Source: an uncultured bacterium
GTDB taxonomy: Bacteria; Fidelibacterota; Marinisomatia; Marinisomatales; UBA1611
DNA: 64,000 bases
Reading direction: 5' to 3'
NCBI GenBank assembly: GCA_965660855.1
Contig: CBFIBM010000007.1
Coordinates: 1-64,000, forward strand
Shown here piece after piece: positions 62,801 to 64,000 of this stretch. Within the stretch, counting starts at the first letter, position 1, and each line of letters opens with the position of its first letter. The translations under genes and the position numbers were made by a program. Below the pieces are notes generated by a model. That model was not told the DNA's origin and searched no databases. It saw only the letters and a list, made by a program, of their open reading frames with translations.

Positions 62801-64000
62801 TTGGGTTTATTTGAATAGACTTCCAAGTATTCCCAAATAAGGAAAGAGTTGAATTGTTTTCAGGTATTAATTCAGTTGTATCTACAATATAACCAAATTG
62901 ATCTTGGTCCTCATCAATAACTGATTCAATAACTATATTCCCATCAAATGAGAATAGTGTTGTTGGAGGCGAATGGCCAGGTAAAATATTTGTAGAGATT
63001 TCAGACCAATCACTCGTATTATTAAAATGGTCAATAGCACGAATTTGGAAAAACCAAGGAATTGCATTGTTAAATCCATAAAGGATCAGTTCATTTTTTC
63101 TCATATATTGTAAATCTGGGTAACTATCTCTATCTATGAGAGTTGGATTATACATTAGAGAATCTGAACTAATTTTAATTTGATATGATTTAAAATTTGT
63201 ATCGGTTGATGGGATCCAACTCAATTTAATCTGGTCAGGATTATCCTGATTTTGGGAAAATAAATTTTCAGGATTTGAAGGAGGCATTTGATCATCATGA
63301 TTTTCCCAATCAATTAAATATTCATTTAATGAATTAATAAATGGCTGATAATATTGTAATATTTTAGAAAAATTATTTATTCCTGTAGGGTAAAGATTAG
63401 AAGTGTAGGTATCATCATTTATTATTTCTAGATTATCGAGAAGATCAGGTTTTTCATCAAATTCTATATGTACCCAAGTTTCGTATATAGAGTAATTATT
63501 GACTTTTGATTGGAGATTAATCATTTGAACACCATTTGAAGGACCTCTTAACTCTGATGCTAAAGTAATTTCAAATTTTTCATTTCCATTATCATAAAAA
63601 CAATAATCATCATAATATGCTTCATAATAATCAGTAACATGTAAAGGATTATGATTTCCGAATTCATTTTCAAGAATGGGATATTCAGGTGTGAAATTTA
63701 TAATATCAAAATTATCATTTGATATATCTCTTATTGGTTTTGTAGTGAAGGGTTTTTGTTCGCCTGCAGCTAAGATAATTGATTTTCTATCAAGATGCGA
63801 CTCATTGTCAAAACTATGAATAGCTAACACTAAAGGTGAATGGGGTTCCTGATTGAATAAAGGACTAGTAATTTTTTCTTGAAATTTTTGAAAAACAGAA
63901 AAAGGGTATCGTGATGGATCCGAATGAGATTTATTATTTGAAAACTCCCCCTCTTCAGACCATTGAACTTCTCTCCCGGCACTACTAATCATAAAAGCAT
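59847..64000 (-). CDS. 5'-truncated large secreted CapA (PGA_cap) metallophosphoesterase-like protein with FN3, PKD, CBM-like and C-terminal dockerin domains
   Basis: GDIM, ANLE, ANNHILDY, H.G.EY, HHPH, SLGNFIFD; PKD WDFGDG; dockerin GDINGDG..S..D...ADLD....IDIYD. The frame stays open past the window edge. Confidence 0.85.
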   Translation of the reverse strand, partial: AFMISSAGREVQWSEEGEFSNNKSHSDPSRYPFSVFQKFQEKITSPLFNQEPHSPLVLAIHSFDNESHLDRKSIILAAGEQKPFTTKPIRDISNDNFDIINFTPEYPILENEFGNHNPLHVTDYYEAYYDDYCFYDNGNEKFEITLASELRGPSNGVQMINLQSKVNNYSIYETWVHIEFDEKPDLLDNLEIINDDTYTSNLYPTGINNFSKILQYYQPFINSLNEYLIDWENHDDQMPPSNPENLFSQNQDNPDQIKLSWIPSTDTNFKSYQIKISSDSLMYNPTLIDRDSYPDLQYMRKNELILYGFNNAIPWFFQIRAIDHFNNTSDWSEISTNILPGHSPPTTLFSFDGNIVIESVIDEDQDQFGYIVDTTELIPENNSTLSLFGNTWKSIQINPTQIDSSTILQIFVKIDSISEIQGVLFENSENKILRYAFSGTELLNIEDWIPVYQGAFQNSNWNSYRLPLGDDWLSIYDSLSVITKITFVNEHDDSLSNPGSIRFSIIRNITSDLPIPPNVRIETNNINIITSHTRNSFSFSSIIEDMDSQFFTYNWDFGDGNYSNLKNPIHQFNSQENIQYKVILVVEDETGLIGWDSKDIVLDSINGNTSAITMNFIGDIMLGRRFEDIDGIVTNQGADALFEPTYEILGSAADITVANLEIPLTNHDTPHPTKGVVFKANPNSVNAMVNAGIDVVSIANNHILDYMESGLIQTQDVLRESGIIFSGAGLNSQEAYLPAFKSVNGRTISFLASSDRTGQYNNYQPYLNAGENKSGFAYMTPYYIRKQIESVKDISDLIVIEFHSGSEYSFEPGSDYDYYTSSRDDFARIKSNPASNLGFSTTYLDEEEDYSTRLDQPQMWDRAIRHFAIDEGADLVIVHHPHIIQGVEVYNEKLIAHSLGNFIFDLNYPETYPSMILNSKSNDTGIYEYSISPLYIDDYLTKPATGELGNYILNDVANKSRKLDTYVHVNIDSNIAHVIMDTTVMESNNFYYNKLITSKDTLSINGIELYESIPIKLSNAGSLSRVLNSDLNIIYYRLGKEKVWMNNFENEGSTLWNFNSPNEGIQDSVFRRGDAAAQHIRYADSPGNIVTNFEEKIPIKNELEYTLHGYLKTNNGKNVTLEFRSSINRTGDNIETISLEDSINGDSPWRKYWENISIPDNAEFFDIRLNSSVPDTGISFSWFDDVGLIEWDSLMPFPSFPLDFIHPNNYNYIQIYTDQFSEIEDKIELQNTTFGSFSNLVSIPKVVNQIIMIPDFFYFFDESTGPVGDKSWTFNNEIILNSDDPYFYCNEPGVYEVNLLISGLNDEMNESSITVIAIDPNIILNNRGDINGDGVVSLLDILLCSNSILGFNNLTPEEFLVADLDYNLKIDIYDVLKISDSVY

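Overview
A 64-kb, AT-rich, gene-dense stretch of a bacterial chromosome. It looks like a streamlined FCB-group genome, and my best inference is Candidatus Marinimicrobia/Marinisomatota: it has a T9SS/FlgD-type C-terminal domain, a homodimeric GlyRS, FCB-type LptD and an ECF-FecR-TonB module. Left to right it holds: (1) an accessory arylsulfotransferase / small YLGPG peptide / PAPS-sulfotransferase cluster; (2) a tight minus-strand operon panD-queC-queE-queD-queF running on into an amidinotransferase, a Rieske oxygenase and a saccharopine/lysine dehydrogenase; (3) tmRNA (tag ADNGYMAAA) preceded by a candidate ~125-nt sRNA; (4) ECF sigma-FecR-TonB receptor; (5) a surface-protein operon with a cohesin-like lipoprotein and a 2457-aa Ig-repeat/LamG/dockerin-like protein; (6) housekeeping genes (argS, rsfS, mnmA, iscS-like, rlmN, ggt, glyS, topA, hisS, lptD, FKBP); (7) a ~5-kb extremely AT-rich island with a ParB-N4C-methyltransferase fusion, an orphan ORF and an array of GTGCTA-core sites; (8) a truncated CapA-family protein with a C-terminal dockerin. 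No tRNA, rRNA, CRISPR array or integrase was seen. All calls come from motif recognition by eye; no database searches were run.
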